A DNA stretch of 64,000 bases, taken from Octopus vulgaris. Taxonomy: Eukaryota. This document shows positions 39,197 to 52,170 of this stretch, piece by piece. The notes below the pieces were generated by a model, which saw only the letters and a program-made list of their open reading frames with translations, did not search any database and was not told the origin of the DNA. Location of the stretch: assembly GCA_951406725.2 (NCBI GenBank), contig OX597839.1, positions 11,346,001 through 11,410,000 of the forward strand. Reading direction: 5' to 3'. The position numbers were made by a program, and so were the translations under genes. How positions within the stretch are numbered: position 1 is the first letter of the stretch; each line of letters opens with the position of its first letter.

Positions 39197-41331
39197 ATGT
39201 GTGTGTGTGTGTGTGCTCAATAAGAAGCGTGTGCATACACTGATACATTCACATATGCAAACACAGACACATACACAACATAGCTCATAAGCATACACAC
39301 ATACAAATTAAGATCACATCACTGATACATATATGCACACAGATGTACACACATGCACAAAGATATATGTAATTGTATGCATATGTGTATGTCTATATAT
39401 TTACTCACACACACACACACACACACACACGTATATATACACTTTGTGTGTTGATCATAAAAACAAGAACAAGGCCAGGAATGTTTTAGAGAATGTTTTA
39501 CTCGTTAACTACTTAATGTTGTTTTAATTATTTTTATTTCGCTGCTTGTGAAATGTATGCGCATGTGTCTGTCTGTCTGTGTGTATGCATGTGTGTGTGT
39601 GTGTGTGTGTTCCTTTGTTACTTTATCTTTTTCTATCTGTGAGAAGCTTTCCCCCCCTTGCTCTCCCCCATGCCCTTCCCACCACCTCCTCCAACATTCT
39701 ATAGCAACTAATTACTTTTGTTTTCAGATGACATACAAACATATTTCACATTCTACCACCACCACCACCACCACCACCACCGCCACCCCGCTCTAATGTC
39801 TCCCATTGTTTTATGCACTATTGTAAGAAGCTTTCATAAGAAATGCTTATGTCTCTCTGATTTGTTGTTGCCGTTGTTTTTGTTTAACCCTCGGTCAGTC
39901 CTGATTCAGCTGGCCTATGATCAGATACATTCCAAGCTGTGACCAGCTTGTCTCTTTTGTTTTACGTTTCTTCTTCTTTTTTCTTTTTATTCTCGGGTGT
40001 CATACATCTCATACCAACTTATATCTCCATGTAGTTTAGTTTATATTGATGTAGTTTTATTCCGAAGTTGGTATGGTGTGATTTATGGAAGGAGATTTGA
40101 CTGCTATTTCTAGCAGGTCAAGCAACCATGTAGAGATTCTCCTGTAATGACGTCATTGCTGAGGTAGTGGTGGCAATGGCAGTGGTTGTTGTTGCTTAGG
40201 CCCCAGATCTAACCTGTTTTCATTTTATGATTTCGTCAGAGACAAAGCCAGTGCTTGTTGACCTTTTCCAGGGCCTCTAAAACAGATGCAGCCCCAAAGG
40301 CTTTCACACGGTTCTGTCTACACAATTTCACTCATGGAACTTGGATTTTAACCCGAGGCCGTAATAAAAGATAGTCTGCTGCGCTGTGGGCTTGAACACA
40401 TAACCACGCAATTGTAAAAGCAAACTTCTAGACTGCACATCCATGCTAGCATCCATGGAAATTGGGAATTCCTTTCACGTCAGATGAAGGGTTGGTCTCG
40501 AGTAAGGCCTGGCTGAATTACCAGTAATTTTCTAAGCTATGTATTTTAATAAAATTAGTCAAAGTAAGACGAGGCTATTCAACCATAATTACAAACATTG
40601 ATAACAGCAATTAGTTATTTATTCTTTATTATTTGCTTTGGTTTCTAGTTTGTTTTGCTGTAATATCTGCTTGCTTTGTCAAATACATTTCAGAGTGACG
40701 GTGCTGTTGCAATAATTGTGCTGTGCAAACACTGTGAAAGCTTCGAATAATATAAATAATAGCATTTAACTTTTTCCATGTTAACGACTTGTCTCTTGTC
40801 AACCTTCAGTGTCCTTGCAGCTAATTACAAATTGAACCACTTACCCATCTGTGGCCTTTTACTAGCATAAATATAAAATGGCCTTTGTAGTGTATTTGTG
40901 TGTGTTTGGGGGGTGGATGGGGGGGTATGATATTGGGTGTGTCCAAGAGTGAAAGGCAAGTAAATTTTGATTTAATTAATGAATTAAGATAATTCATCTT
41001 CAGCGAATAATTTAGACATCTCAGGTTTTTGTAGATGAAAATAAGAATGATGGTCTTCTTTTTAATGTCCTTGTGGCAAATAAGTAAATTTTTTATTATT
41101 ATCAGGCAAACTGGTAGAATCAGGGGACAAATACATCACAAACACACACACACACACACACACACATAATGGGCTTCCTTCAGTTTCCGTCTACCAAATC
41201 TATTCGCAAGGTTTTGGTCAGCCCCAGGTTATAATAGAAGACCCTTGCCTAAGGTGCCTTACTGTGGGACTGAACCCAGAAGCAGGTGGTTGGAAAGTAA
41301 ACTTCTTACCACACAACCATGCCATTGCAAT

Positions 41332-41366
<35 letters not shown>

Positions 41367-42224
41367 CACACTACTAGATGTATCAAGTGCTCTTTCTCGT
41401 GTTTCTACACTCAAATGTTTAAGTGTATAGGATGTATATATGATGTATATTATCTTTGCCTGTACACTTTCCCAGACAGATAAAATGTTGCAGTAATATC
41501 TAGTAAGTTACTCATCTATGCTGAAGAAATGTTTGGTCCTCTTAAAGTTAATTAATTAATTAATTGTGTCTGTGTTAATGTGTTGTTGTTGTCTGTTATC
41601 GGAAATAGTTCCGCTTCACAGAAGCCAGCTTGCTGCCTGCCACAACTACTCATCTGTCTGTTTCTGTATTTCCATCATTGAGAAAGATTATTTCTAGTTT
41701 TCACTACCATCACCATGCACTCTTCAATATTATCAACTCCCCCCCCATCCCCATCAGCTTTTCCTCCTCTTCCTACCTTATATCAACCTTATCTTCTTCA
41801 CCTTACCTGTCAGGTGTATATGACACTATGTTATCGATTGAGTTTGCACCAAACTTTGGTATTTCACTGTTGTGAGTTCAAATTAGTCTATTGTCAACTT
41901 TGCTCCTAATTCTCTCGAGCTCTCTGATTTAAAAAGCTGATTTAAATAGCAGTAATACATTGGGGAATTGGGCAAAAGATGTCTTTACTACAGACTATAA
42001 AACTTCTTTGTTCTACTCACAACTATTCCATCTTGTTTGCAGATGTTTTGTATCTTAGACAACATTATCCAGTCTGAGTCATAATCTCTCCATCTATTTT
42101 TTGCTCATTGTCCATCTTTTTTTAACATAGAATACAGTTTAAGAGAGACTTGGTTGCTGTTTCTAGTAGGTGTGACATCTCTGTGTATTTTTGTCTACTG
42201 CGTCTTAACTTTTTTTTAACATAG

Positions 42225-42450
42225 AGTAAAAAGCACCAATCCGATTGTGGCCGTTGCCTGCCTTGCCTGGCACGTAAAAAGCACCCACTACACTCACAGA
42301 GTGGTTGGCGTTAGGAAGGGCATCCAGCTGTAGAAACACTGCCAGATCAGACTGGAGCCTGGTGCAGCCTCCTGGCTTCCTAGACCCCGGTCGAACCGTC
42401 CAACCCATGCTAGCATGGAAAACGGACATTAAACGATGATGAGGATGATG
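42225..42450 (+). mobile_element. Family D retroelement
   Basis: ggcacgtaaaaagcacccactacactc...ggcgttaggaagggcatccagctgtag...ccatgctagcatggaaaacggac plus (gat)n. Confidence 0.8.
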
Positions 42451-42949
42451 AGAGTATGATTTGAAGGATACTTAGCTGTTTTTTTCTAGCGACTCAAGTG
42501 TTTCCCTTATATGTTTTGGAGTAGAGCCCATGAGTATATCAGTAGAAAGGGTTACTTCTGCTCCCTTTTATCTGTGATCCCCACCGACATTGCTAGCCTT
42601 GCCCCTAGTGTTAACATGGTTCACTTCATGTTAGCTAAAAATGATTAATTGGCACCATTTACCCTCTTCCACTACCAGTTGGCATCAACTCAATGCCTGG
42701 CTGGATGGGTGTATATGTATGGTATCATGTCTGGATTTGGCAATGTGTAAGTCTATAACGTGTATATATACACATGTGTAAGCTGGCGCACAGTAAAACT
42801 ACGTATATAACATACAATGTACATATATAGGCAATCTCATATTTGCAGGTACATATCCAGATTCATGGATATGTCATACTAAACCACCCATCCAATCACA
42901 CACATACACACACACTCTCGCTCTCTCTCTTATACACACATATACTTTC

Positions 42950-43110
42950 AAGGAGTGGCTGTGTGGTAAGTAGCTTGTTTACCAACCACATGGTTCCGGG
43001 TTCAGTCCCACTGTGTAGAACCTTGGGCAAGTGTCTTCTACTATAGCCTCGGGCTGACCAAAGCCTTGTGAGTGGATTTGGTTGACGGAAACTGAAAGAA
43101 GCCCATCGTA

Positions 43111-43166
<56 letters not shown>

Positions 43167-43242
43167 TGTGTGTGTGTTTGTGTGACTGTGTTTGTCCCCC
43201 TAGCATTGCTTGACAACCGATGCTGGTGTGTTTATGTCCCCG
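42950..43242 (+). mobile_element. SINE family A, 3'-truncated at a MITE G TIR remnant (43243-43272)
   Basis: Match; followed by aactgccagccaaaccgaaaagatcc. Confidence 0.88.
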
Positions 43243-44319
43243 TTTGAACTGCCAGCCAAACCGAAAAGATCCGAGCCCTCTTTTCCTCTTCCTTGCAAAC
43301 TAAAACTTTTTGTCTGGGCTAGGTTTACTTTTAGACATCTCATTTCTAGACATTGCTTCTGTGTGTGGAATTGCGGAATTTCTTCTCTAATTCTTGAACA
43401 GATTCTATTAAAGTAATATGACATTCAGGATGAGTTCCCATCGACAGACTGTCTTAGATTTCTTTGTTATGACCCCTATTTAGTGAGTGAGAGAGAGAGA
43501 GGGGATTTGTGGACATGTTAGTGCATGCCAGAGGAAGGTAGTGGGAAAGGAGAACATAATGAAAGTAAAATATGTATGCATGTATATAACGTGTCTGTGT
43601 GTATAATGCATAAACTTCTGTACACAGTATCTGCCCCACATAGCTGACACATGCACACGCAGAGACATACATCTGTTGTTATTAACCCCTTATATGTGTT
43701 GTTGTTACACGATAATAACGTCTGGGACCCAACCTTACTGTAATGATAATTATCATAATGGGTTGTGGTGATAGTAGTAGTATTAATAGAAGCAATAGTA
43801 TGATGTTGATGATGATGATGATGATAATAATAATAATAATAATGATAATCTTTATTAATTACTTAATATTGCAAGTATTTCTGACTCCATGGGATCTAGG
43901 GGATTAGCTGGATTAGGATGGCTTAAAGCACCATGTCATTGGCTTAATTTCATCTACACACATACACATCATCGACATACAGATATAGGCTTATTTACAA
44001 ACATATACATGCATTCATATTTAATACCTTGCACGCATACACAGGGAAGAAAAACACACACATTCTCTCTTACACACACACACACACACACTAGTAAAGT
44101 ATACAAAAAGCCTGTCTGTAACAAAAACAGACATAGAAACACACACACACACACACACACACAAACATACATGCACTCTTTCTCATAGAATGTCTTACAA
44201 ACACATACTCATATACACATTCTCTCTAATAGACACACACATGTACTCTTTCTCTCTCTCTCTCTCAAATAAACACATATATATTCTCTCTGTCACAGAC
44301 ATACAAAAACAGTTTAACA

Positions 44320-44454
44320 TACTCTTTTACTTGTTTCAGTCATTTGACTGCGGTCATGCTGGAGCACCGCCTTTAATCGAGCAACTAGCCGACCCGCTAA
44401 GTTATGGGGACATAAACACACCGGCATCGGTTGTCAAGCACACACACATACACG

Positions 44455-44518
<64 letters not shown>

Positions 44519-44684
44519 TACGACGGGCTTCTTTCAGTTTCCATCTACCAAATCCACTCACAAGGCTTTGGTCTGCCCGAGGCTATAGTTGAAGACACTT
44601 GCCCAAGATGCCACGCAGTGGGACTGAACCCAGAACCATGTGGTTGGTAAACAAGCTATTTACCACACAGCCACTCCTGCGCCT
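44320..44684 (-). mobile_element. SINE family A with internal deletions
   Basis: Match. Confidence 0.88.
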
Positions 44685-45549
44685 ATGTACACACACTCAC
44701 ATATTTCTCTAATAAACACATATAGATACACATTTTCCCCTTCTAGCTTCTCTCTCTCTCTCTCTCTAACAGACACACTAAAACAGACTCTAATAGAAAC
44801 CCACATACACACAGAGTTTCCAAGAATTCTGAATCCACCCCCGCCCACCCAAATCAGCAGATTATTATCTTGAAACAGTCACCAGTTTTGCACAAATGTT
44901 CATACGCATGTACAGAAGCACACATCTGCACAAATACACGTTGCACCAACCTTGGCGCCAGACTAAGAAAAAAAAAAGTCAGAGTGAACTCCAGTGGGAT
45001 TTGAACTTAAAACAGAGAAACTGACTCAATTCCATACATCATTATCTTTTATCTTTCACTGTTATCTTTTACCTTTTACTTGTTTCAGTCATTCGACTGC
45101 GGCCATGCTGGAGCACCGCAACTTGTTATCGTTATATCTTTTGCTTGTTTCAGTCATTGGACTGTGGTTTTGCAGGAGAGGGGGTGGGGAAACACCACCT
45201 TTTAAGGGACTTGAAGGGACTTGTCAAACAAATCAACTCCAGTGGTTAGTTTTAAGTCTGGTACTTATTCTGTTGGTCTCTATTGTCGCACTGCTAAGTT
45301 ACAGGAACATGAACGATCTCTGGACTTGAAGCAGTGGTGGGGTACAAACATAACACAGACATACATGATGGCGTTAGGAAGGGCATCCAGCCGTAGAAAC
45401 ATTGCCAGATCAGACTGGGCCTGGTGCAACCTTCTGGCTTCCCAGACCCCAGTTGAACCGTCCAACCCATGCTAGCATGGAAAGCGGACGCTAAACGAAG
45501 ATGATGAGATGATGATACACCTATACAGTACAATATATGTGTGTGTGTG

Positions 45550-45580
<31 letters not shown>

Positions 45581-45741
45581 CCAAAAACAGAACAAGAAAC
45601 ACAAAAAACAATGTGAGGACATAGTAGTACATGTAAAGTATTAGCAGACGTTCAAGGAAGGAAAGAAAGACGGTTTAATGTTTCGAGCAAAGCTCTTCTT
45701 CAGAAACAGAGGAAAGTCCAATAGAAAAAAAGATGGAGGAA

Positions 45742-45743
<2 letters not shown>
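45581..45743 (-). mobile_element. (AT)n-embedded Penelope-like terminal-repeat fragment with a hammerhead-like motif (45673-45707)
   Basis: Minus strand reads guuu-CUGAAGA-a-gagc uuu gcuc-GAA-ACAU-U-aaac. Confidence 0.6.
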
Positions 45744-45791
<48 letters not shown>

Positions 45792-46309
45792 CACACACAC
45801 ATACATACACGATGGGCTTCTTTCAGTTTCCAGATCCACTGACAAGGGTTTGGTCAGCTTGGTGCTCTAGTAGAAGAAACTTGCCCTGGGTGCCATACAA
45901 TGGGACTGAACCCAAGCAAGGTTCTTACCACACGACCATGTCTGTGCCTATTCTTTATATTGTTAAATCTGCTCTGGCTAAGGCCATGCTAGAGCATCCC
46001 CTTTAGCCCAGCATTCTACTAATGTATCTTTACACAACTCTTCTAGTGTGTGTGTGTGTGTGTAAGCATACACATACACACACACATTGTTGATATTCTG
46101 ATATCAATTTGCAGTTTGATTGTTTGCCTAATTTTACAAAATTTTGTGTTTACCAAGTGTTAGACAAAATGTGGTTTACCCAGTTTTAAGGGAAATTACC
46201 CTTATGTTTAGCTAAACTGTTGTTTGTTCAGTTCGAGAAAACCTAAGGTTTGCCAAGTATTTAACAAACTGTGTTGTTTGCCTAGTGTTTGTCCAGATTT
46301 AGACCCTTG

Positions 46310-46723
46310 GGATCTTTTCGGTTTAAATGGCAGTTTTTAACATAATTTCTAGGTAATTAAAAAATTTTAAACTTCGTATACTGGTAGAATGTGTTTATAA
46401 AACATCTTTTTCTCTTGGCTTTATTGAGAAAATTCTATAGTTTGTAAGATATTTGTTGTTGTTTTTTTCTTCAATTTCTGCAATTTCAACCAATCAGTGA
46501 CGTCTATTGAGGTAAAAAAAACCCATTCTGTGCCGTATGAATATGTCCCTCGTTTAAGAAACAGATTGGGTTTGTGAAGAAAAAAAGATACGTTTCCCCC
46601 CACCCCTAACCCTAACCCTAAAACAGATTGAAATGCAATAGATCGATACTAGGGTCATAATTATGGGTGACAATTTCATATGACACCGCTAGAAAAAAAC
46701 TGCCGGTCAAACCGAAAAGATCC
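46310..46723 (+). mobile_element. MITE family G, full length (~29-bp imperfect TIRs, internal CCCTAA repeats)
   Basis: ggatcttttcggtttaaatggcagttttt ... aaaaactgccggtcaaaccgaaaagatcc. Confidence 0.9.
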
Positions 46724-47847
46724 GAATGCTGGGGAATCATAGTGTTGGATATGCAGTTGTTAACCTTGCTTTAGGAAAACCTATGTTTGCCCATGCCTAT
46801 TGTTGCCTAAGGAGTTGTTTGCCCAATTTGGGGAAAATTTGTTTGCTTGGTTTCAGGTAAAAAAAACTTCGTGATAAATTCCTTTTGTCAAGAACGAGTG
46901 TTTAAACTTTATACAAGTGTGTGTGTGTGAGAAAGAGAGAGAAAGAGTGTGTGTGTGTGTGTTCTTATCGCTAAGACTCTTACATCCCCTCCCCCACCTA
47001 TTTCGTTCACGTGGGTCTTGGTAATGTTCTAGAACAATCCCGTGTTATCAAGATAAAATTACTTCCACAACACGGGTAGCGGTGCTTAACGGCTGACTGT
47101 GTGTCTGTGAAACACCATGTACATGAAGGCTTCATCTACCGCTGCTTGGGTGGTACACGTCGCCGTCGTCGCACACCCACGACTCATTGTAAATCACTCG
47201 GCGAAGACGGCGACCACGATGTTGGTGGTGATGATGATGATGGCGATCTCATACGTAGTATAAAAAAAAAAAAGGGGGTTCCTTGTTATGCTGAGGGCAG
47301 AAAATGATGTTACGTTCGTGTTCCTCTTTTCTCCCTGCAATACAATTATTTGGTGTAAAGTGATGTGAAAGGGTTCCGATTGGGAATCGAAACTAACTCC
47401 TGAGACTCGGTCCGATGATAGTCTCTCTCTCTCTCTCTTTCTATCACGCACGCTCTCTTCCTCTGTCTCTTTCTCTCTGTGGTGGTAGTGGTTTATTTTG
47501 CCTGTTTATACACCAATTTTCTCGTAGTGTTTGTGTGTATATATAATTGTATGTCTGCATGGTTGTGTATGTTTACACTGGTGTGTATATTTGCATATGA
47601 TTAACAGACACCTCCCCCTGCTACCTCAGTATATTTACTAGTCCGTACTAATAATGTCCATTGTGAAAGTCGGGTCTGCCCGCCACGTTTGAACCTTAAA
47701 CCAGTGTACAGGAGTATATTCTATCCTGCATCTGTCACAACAGTCGCCTCCTGTTGTCTATTTATGTATCAAACTCGGTGGTTTACAGTTCAAGTCCCAC
47801 CGGCGTCGATTAAGTACCAGTCATACATTCGGAGCTATTCTGTAGAC

Positions 47848-48071
47848 TGCTGGTTCCCAACATGTGGTCCGCGTCCGAGAACTAAATTCACAATTTCACA
47901 CATATATATATATATAGTAGAAGGTTTGGAGATGATGTACAGGTATTTTATATTAGAAGAAATGAGGTACTCAGAAATTCGTAAATATAAAACCATCCGA
48001 ATTTCTGAGTACCTCATTTCTTCTAACATATATATATATACCATATATATATACATACATATATACATAAC

Positions 48072-48113
<42 letters not shown>

Positions 48114-48203
48114 AGATAGATAGATAAGCATATTAAAAGAGGTCCGTGGGAAACTCATTTAAATAATTGGGGTCCTTGGTAGCGAAAAGGTTGGGGACAA
48201 CTG
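47848..48203. mobile_element. hAT (Charlie-like) MITE with 8-bp TSD
   Basis: TSD ctgtagac at 47840-47847 and 48204-48211; termini tgctggttcccaac / gttggggacaactg. Confidence 0.8.
47953..48026. repeat. Perfect 29-bp inverted repeat with a 16-nt loop
   Basis: ttagaagaaatgaggtactcagaaattcg / cgaatttctgagtacctcatttcttctaa. Confidence 0.95.
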
Positions 48204-49784
48204 CTGTAGACTATCCATCCTGCCTCGCCCCTCCTCCCTTCACCCCCATAATTGTCTTGCATTGTGAGAGAGAGAGAGAGAACGGTTGGTTGGTAGAATC
48301 GCTACGGTATTTGTTCCGGCTCTTTACGTTGTCATTTCAAATCCCACGTCGGTCAGTTTTTTTCCCCCTTTCAGTCCTCCCAGGAGTCCAGCGTCTAACA
48401 ATAAACTCCTATCCAGTCTCAGGCTTTACGTTCTGCCTTAGTAAAAAGATATCGACGAATGTACGTTCGACTCTGGTTTGGAAAACGTTTTTTATTGACA
48501 ATGTGAGCTGCGTGTAAATATATATATTTATATAAAACACCCCTTCCGCTTTTATAACTATTTCCATACTTCCACCCCACCGGTCTTTCTATCTTGTCAT
48601 AACACAACAGACAAGACCGCTTCCATATCTCAAATGACTTATCTGTCTCTTAGCGATCTATCTATCTATCTATCCATCTATTTTTCTATATGTGTCTACC
48701 CAGCTACCCATGTCTGTCTTTTTATCTATAGGTATCTACCTAGCTACCCATGTCTGTCTATCTACATCTGTAAACCTATCTATATCTGTCTATCTACATC
48801 AACCTATTTACCCGTGTCTGTCTGTCTATCTATCTATATACCTAGCTACCCGTGCTTGTCTACATCCATGTCTATTAGTCGTGTCTGTCTATCTATATAT
48901 ATATACCTAGCTACCTGTGCTTGTCTACACCTATGTCAATTTACCTTTATCTATCTATCTATCTATCTATATACCTAGCTATCCATGCCTACCTGTCTGT
49001 CTATTTACCTTATGTATCACCATCCATCTGTCTGCTTATCTCTCTATCTACCTAGCTGCCTATAATCCCAATCCGTCTAAGTCTGCCTCAGTCGCCATAC
49101 TTCAACATAACAACCTCTCCCCCCCTTCTTCCTGTTCCTCTACATAACCCCCACCTCATATTATCTCTCCTCCCACTTCAACTCTTACCTTCTTTCTTCC
49201 CCCCTCATTCAACGCCCCCACCCCTCTATCATTCTCTCAGCTTCTCCATACATCAGTACCGCCTTGTTTTCTCTATCTCCACCCCCTCGATTCTACCTTC
49301 TGCCACTCCGTCTCTGTCCACTACTCCCACCACCACCACCACCACCATATGTGCAAGGCTATCTTCCGGCTGGAAACACTGCTCGATTCTAACATAGTAA
49401 CATGACATCATTGCTGTGCAGCAGCAGCAGCAGTCTAGCTGTAGATTTTTCTGCTGGACTCTGTGGAATCGGTAAAGTTTCTCTTAATTTATTCTGCTGG
49501 TACAGTTCTTACAGCCCAGGTGTGTGTATGTATGTATGTGTGTGTGCGCGTGTGTGCATTGTGCCAGATCTCATGCTGTGTCTGGACTGAAGAGCGGTTG
49601 TGCCAACAATGTGTGTGTGTTTATTTGTGTGTGTGTGTTCTTTTGGGGGAATAGTGTATCTCGAAGCACGCATGCAAAGCTGTAAAACAATAGCGTGTAA
49701 AGACTGGGTTGAAAAACACTTTTGGATATGCGTGTGTGCACTGAGCCAGTTCATGCTACGTCTGGGCTGAGTAACAGTAGTATC

Positions 49785-50304
49785 TATTTCTTTACTACCC
49801 ACAAGGGGCTAAACAAGGACAGACATAGGTATTAAGTCGATTACATCGACCCCAGTGCGGAACTGGTACTTAATTTATCGACCCCGAAAGGATGAAAGGC
49901 AAAGTCGACCTCGGCGGAATTTGAACTCAGAACGTAACAACAGACGAAATACCTATTTCTTTATTACCCACAAGGGGCTGAACATAGAGGGGAAAAAACA
50001 AGGACAGACATAGGTATTAAGTCGATTACATCGACCCCAGTACGTAACTGGTACTTAATTTATCGACCCCCGAAAGGATGAAAGGCATAGTCGACCTCGG
50101 CGGAATTTGAACTCACAACGTAACGACAGACGAAATACCTATTTCTTTACTACCCACAAGGGGCCAAACAAGGACAGACGAATGGATTAAGTCGATTACA
50201 TCGACCCCAGTGCGAAACTGGTACTTTATTTATCGACCCCGAAAGGATGAAAGGCAAAGCCGACCTCGGCGAAATTTGAACTCACAACGTAACGGCAGAC
50301 GAAA
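49785..50304 (-). mobile_element. SINE B tandem trimer within one TSD
   Basis: Junctions cgaaatacc|tatttc at 49953/4 and 50139/40; TSD aacagtagta at 49773 and 50306. Confidence 0.9.
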
Positions 50305-50337
50305 AAACAGTAGTACCAGCAGTGAATGAGTGAGTGA

Positions 50338-50409
<72 letters not shown>

Positions 50410-50657
50410 ATTATAAATAATATATGTCAGTGCTGTGTAAAATTGAAACAGAGCAGCGAGCGGCAGAGGGCGGGTTCACTCAGCTTCGAATAAAGAAATA
50501 AACTCGATTACATGTATTGAGTACATGCTTTTATTTTTTTTTGTTGTTGCTTTTTTCTTTTTGCCTCTGTTTGTAAATCCGAATTCGCGCGCGCAAGTGT
50601 GTGTATATACAGTGATGCAAACAGGAAAATAGAACTCAAAACACGAGTATATTTTCT

Positions 50658-51053
50658 CGAGCTGGCAGAGACGTTAGCGCGCCGGGCGGAATGCTTAGCG
50701 GTATTTCGTCTGTCGTTACGTTGTGAGTTCAAATTCCACCGAGGTCGACTTTGCCTTTCATCCTCTCGGGGTCGATAAATTAAGTACCAGTTACGCACTG
50801 GGGTCGATGTAATCGACTTAATACCTATGTCTGTCCTTGTTTGTCCCCTCTGTGTTTAGCCCCTTGTGGGTAATAAAGAAATAGGTATTTCGTCTGTCGT
50901 TACGTTGTGAGTTCAAATTCCACCGAGGTCGACTTTGCCTTTCATCCTCTCGGAGTCGATAAATAAAGTACTAGTTTCGCACTGGGGTCGATGTAATCGA
51001 TTTAATACCTATGTCTGTCCTTGTTTGTCCCCTCCATGGGTAGTAAAGAAATA
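50658..51053 (+). mobile_element. SINE B tandem dimer
   Basis: Junction gaaata|ggtatttcg at 50883/4; TSD tatattttc. Confidence 0.9.
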
Positions 51054-51579
51054 TATATTTTCCATTACTAACAATCGACAGAAGTTACAGTTACTCAAAG
51101 GCCAAGAGTACCGTGCATTGACACTTACCTATGTGTGTGTGTATAGGTATAGAAATATATTAGGTGCTTGTATGTATATGTGTGTGTGTATGTATGTATA
51201 AAATATACTGGCACACATACTGCAAGCTCTTAAGTCTCATTAATACAGGCTCGCACCTTGCTTGTGTTTATTCTCCTTAATTAAATACCTCCAGAAATTT
51301 TTATTGATCTGTGGTGTTTTAGATGCAAACTCCAGCGACAGGGTTTCAATTTCCCGTTCAGGTCCAAGCATGATCGTCACCTAATCGCTTATCGTTCAGT
51401 GGGCATCAGACAGACCTTTGCGTATTAGAGGAAGGGAAGTCTGACTAAGAAATTGTCTCAGATCAACCCCTGAGTTCCCGCCGTGACCATCTTACCGTTT
51501 GTTTTCAAACGTGCAGCTTCATGTTTCGAATGTAGATTGTGGGTGTGTGTGTGTGAGAGAGAGAGAAGATGAGAGACAT

Positions 51580-52170
<591 letters not shown>

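Noticed and set aside
41807-41923. Minus-strand exon candidate ending cag|gtaagg
   Set aside because: Stops in all three frames, and it contains old SINE-like fragments
46603-46622. Telomeric (CCCTAA)n
   Set aside because: Only 2-3 units, internal to MITE G
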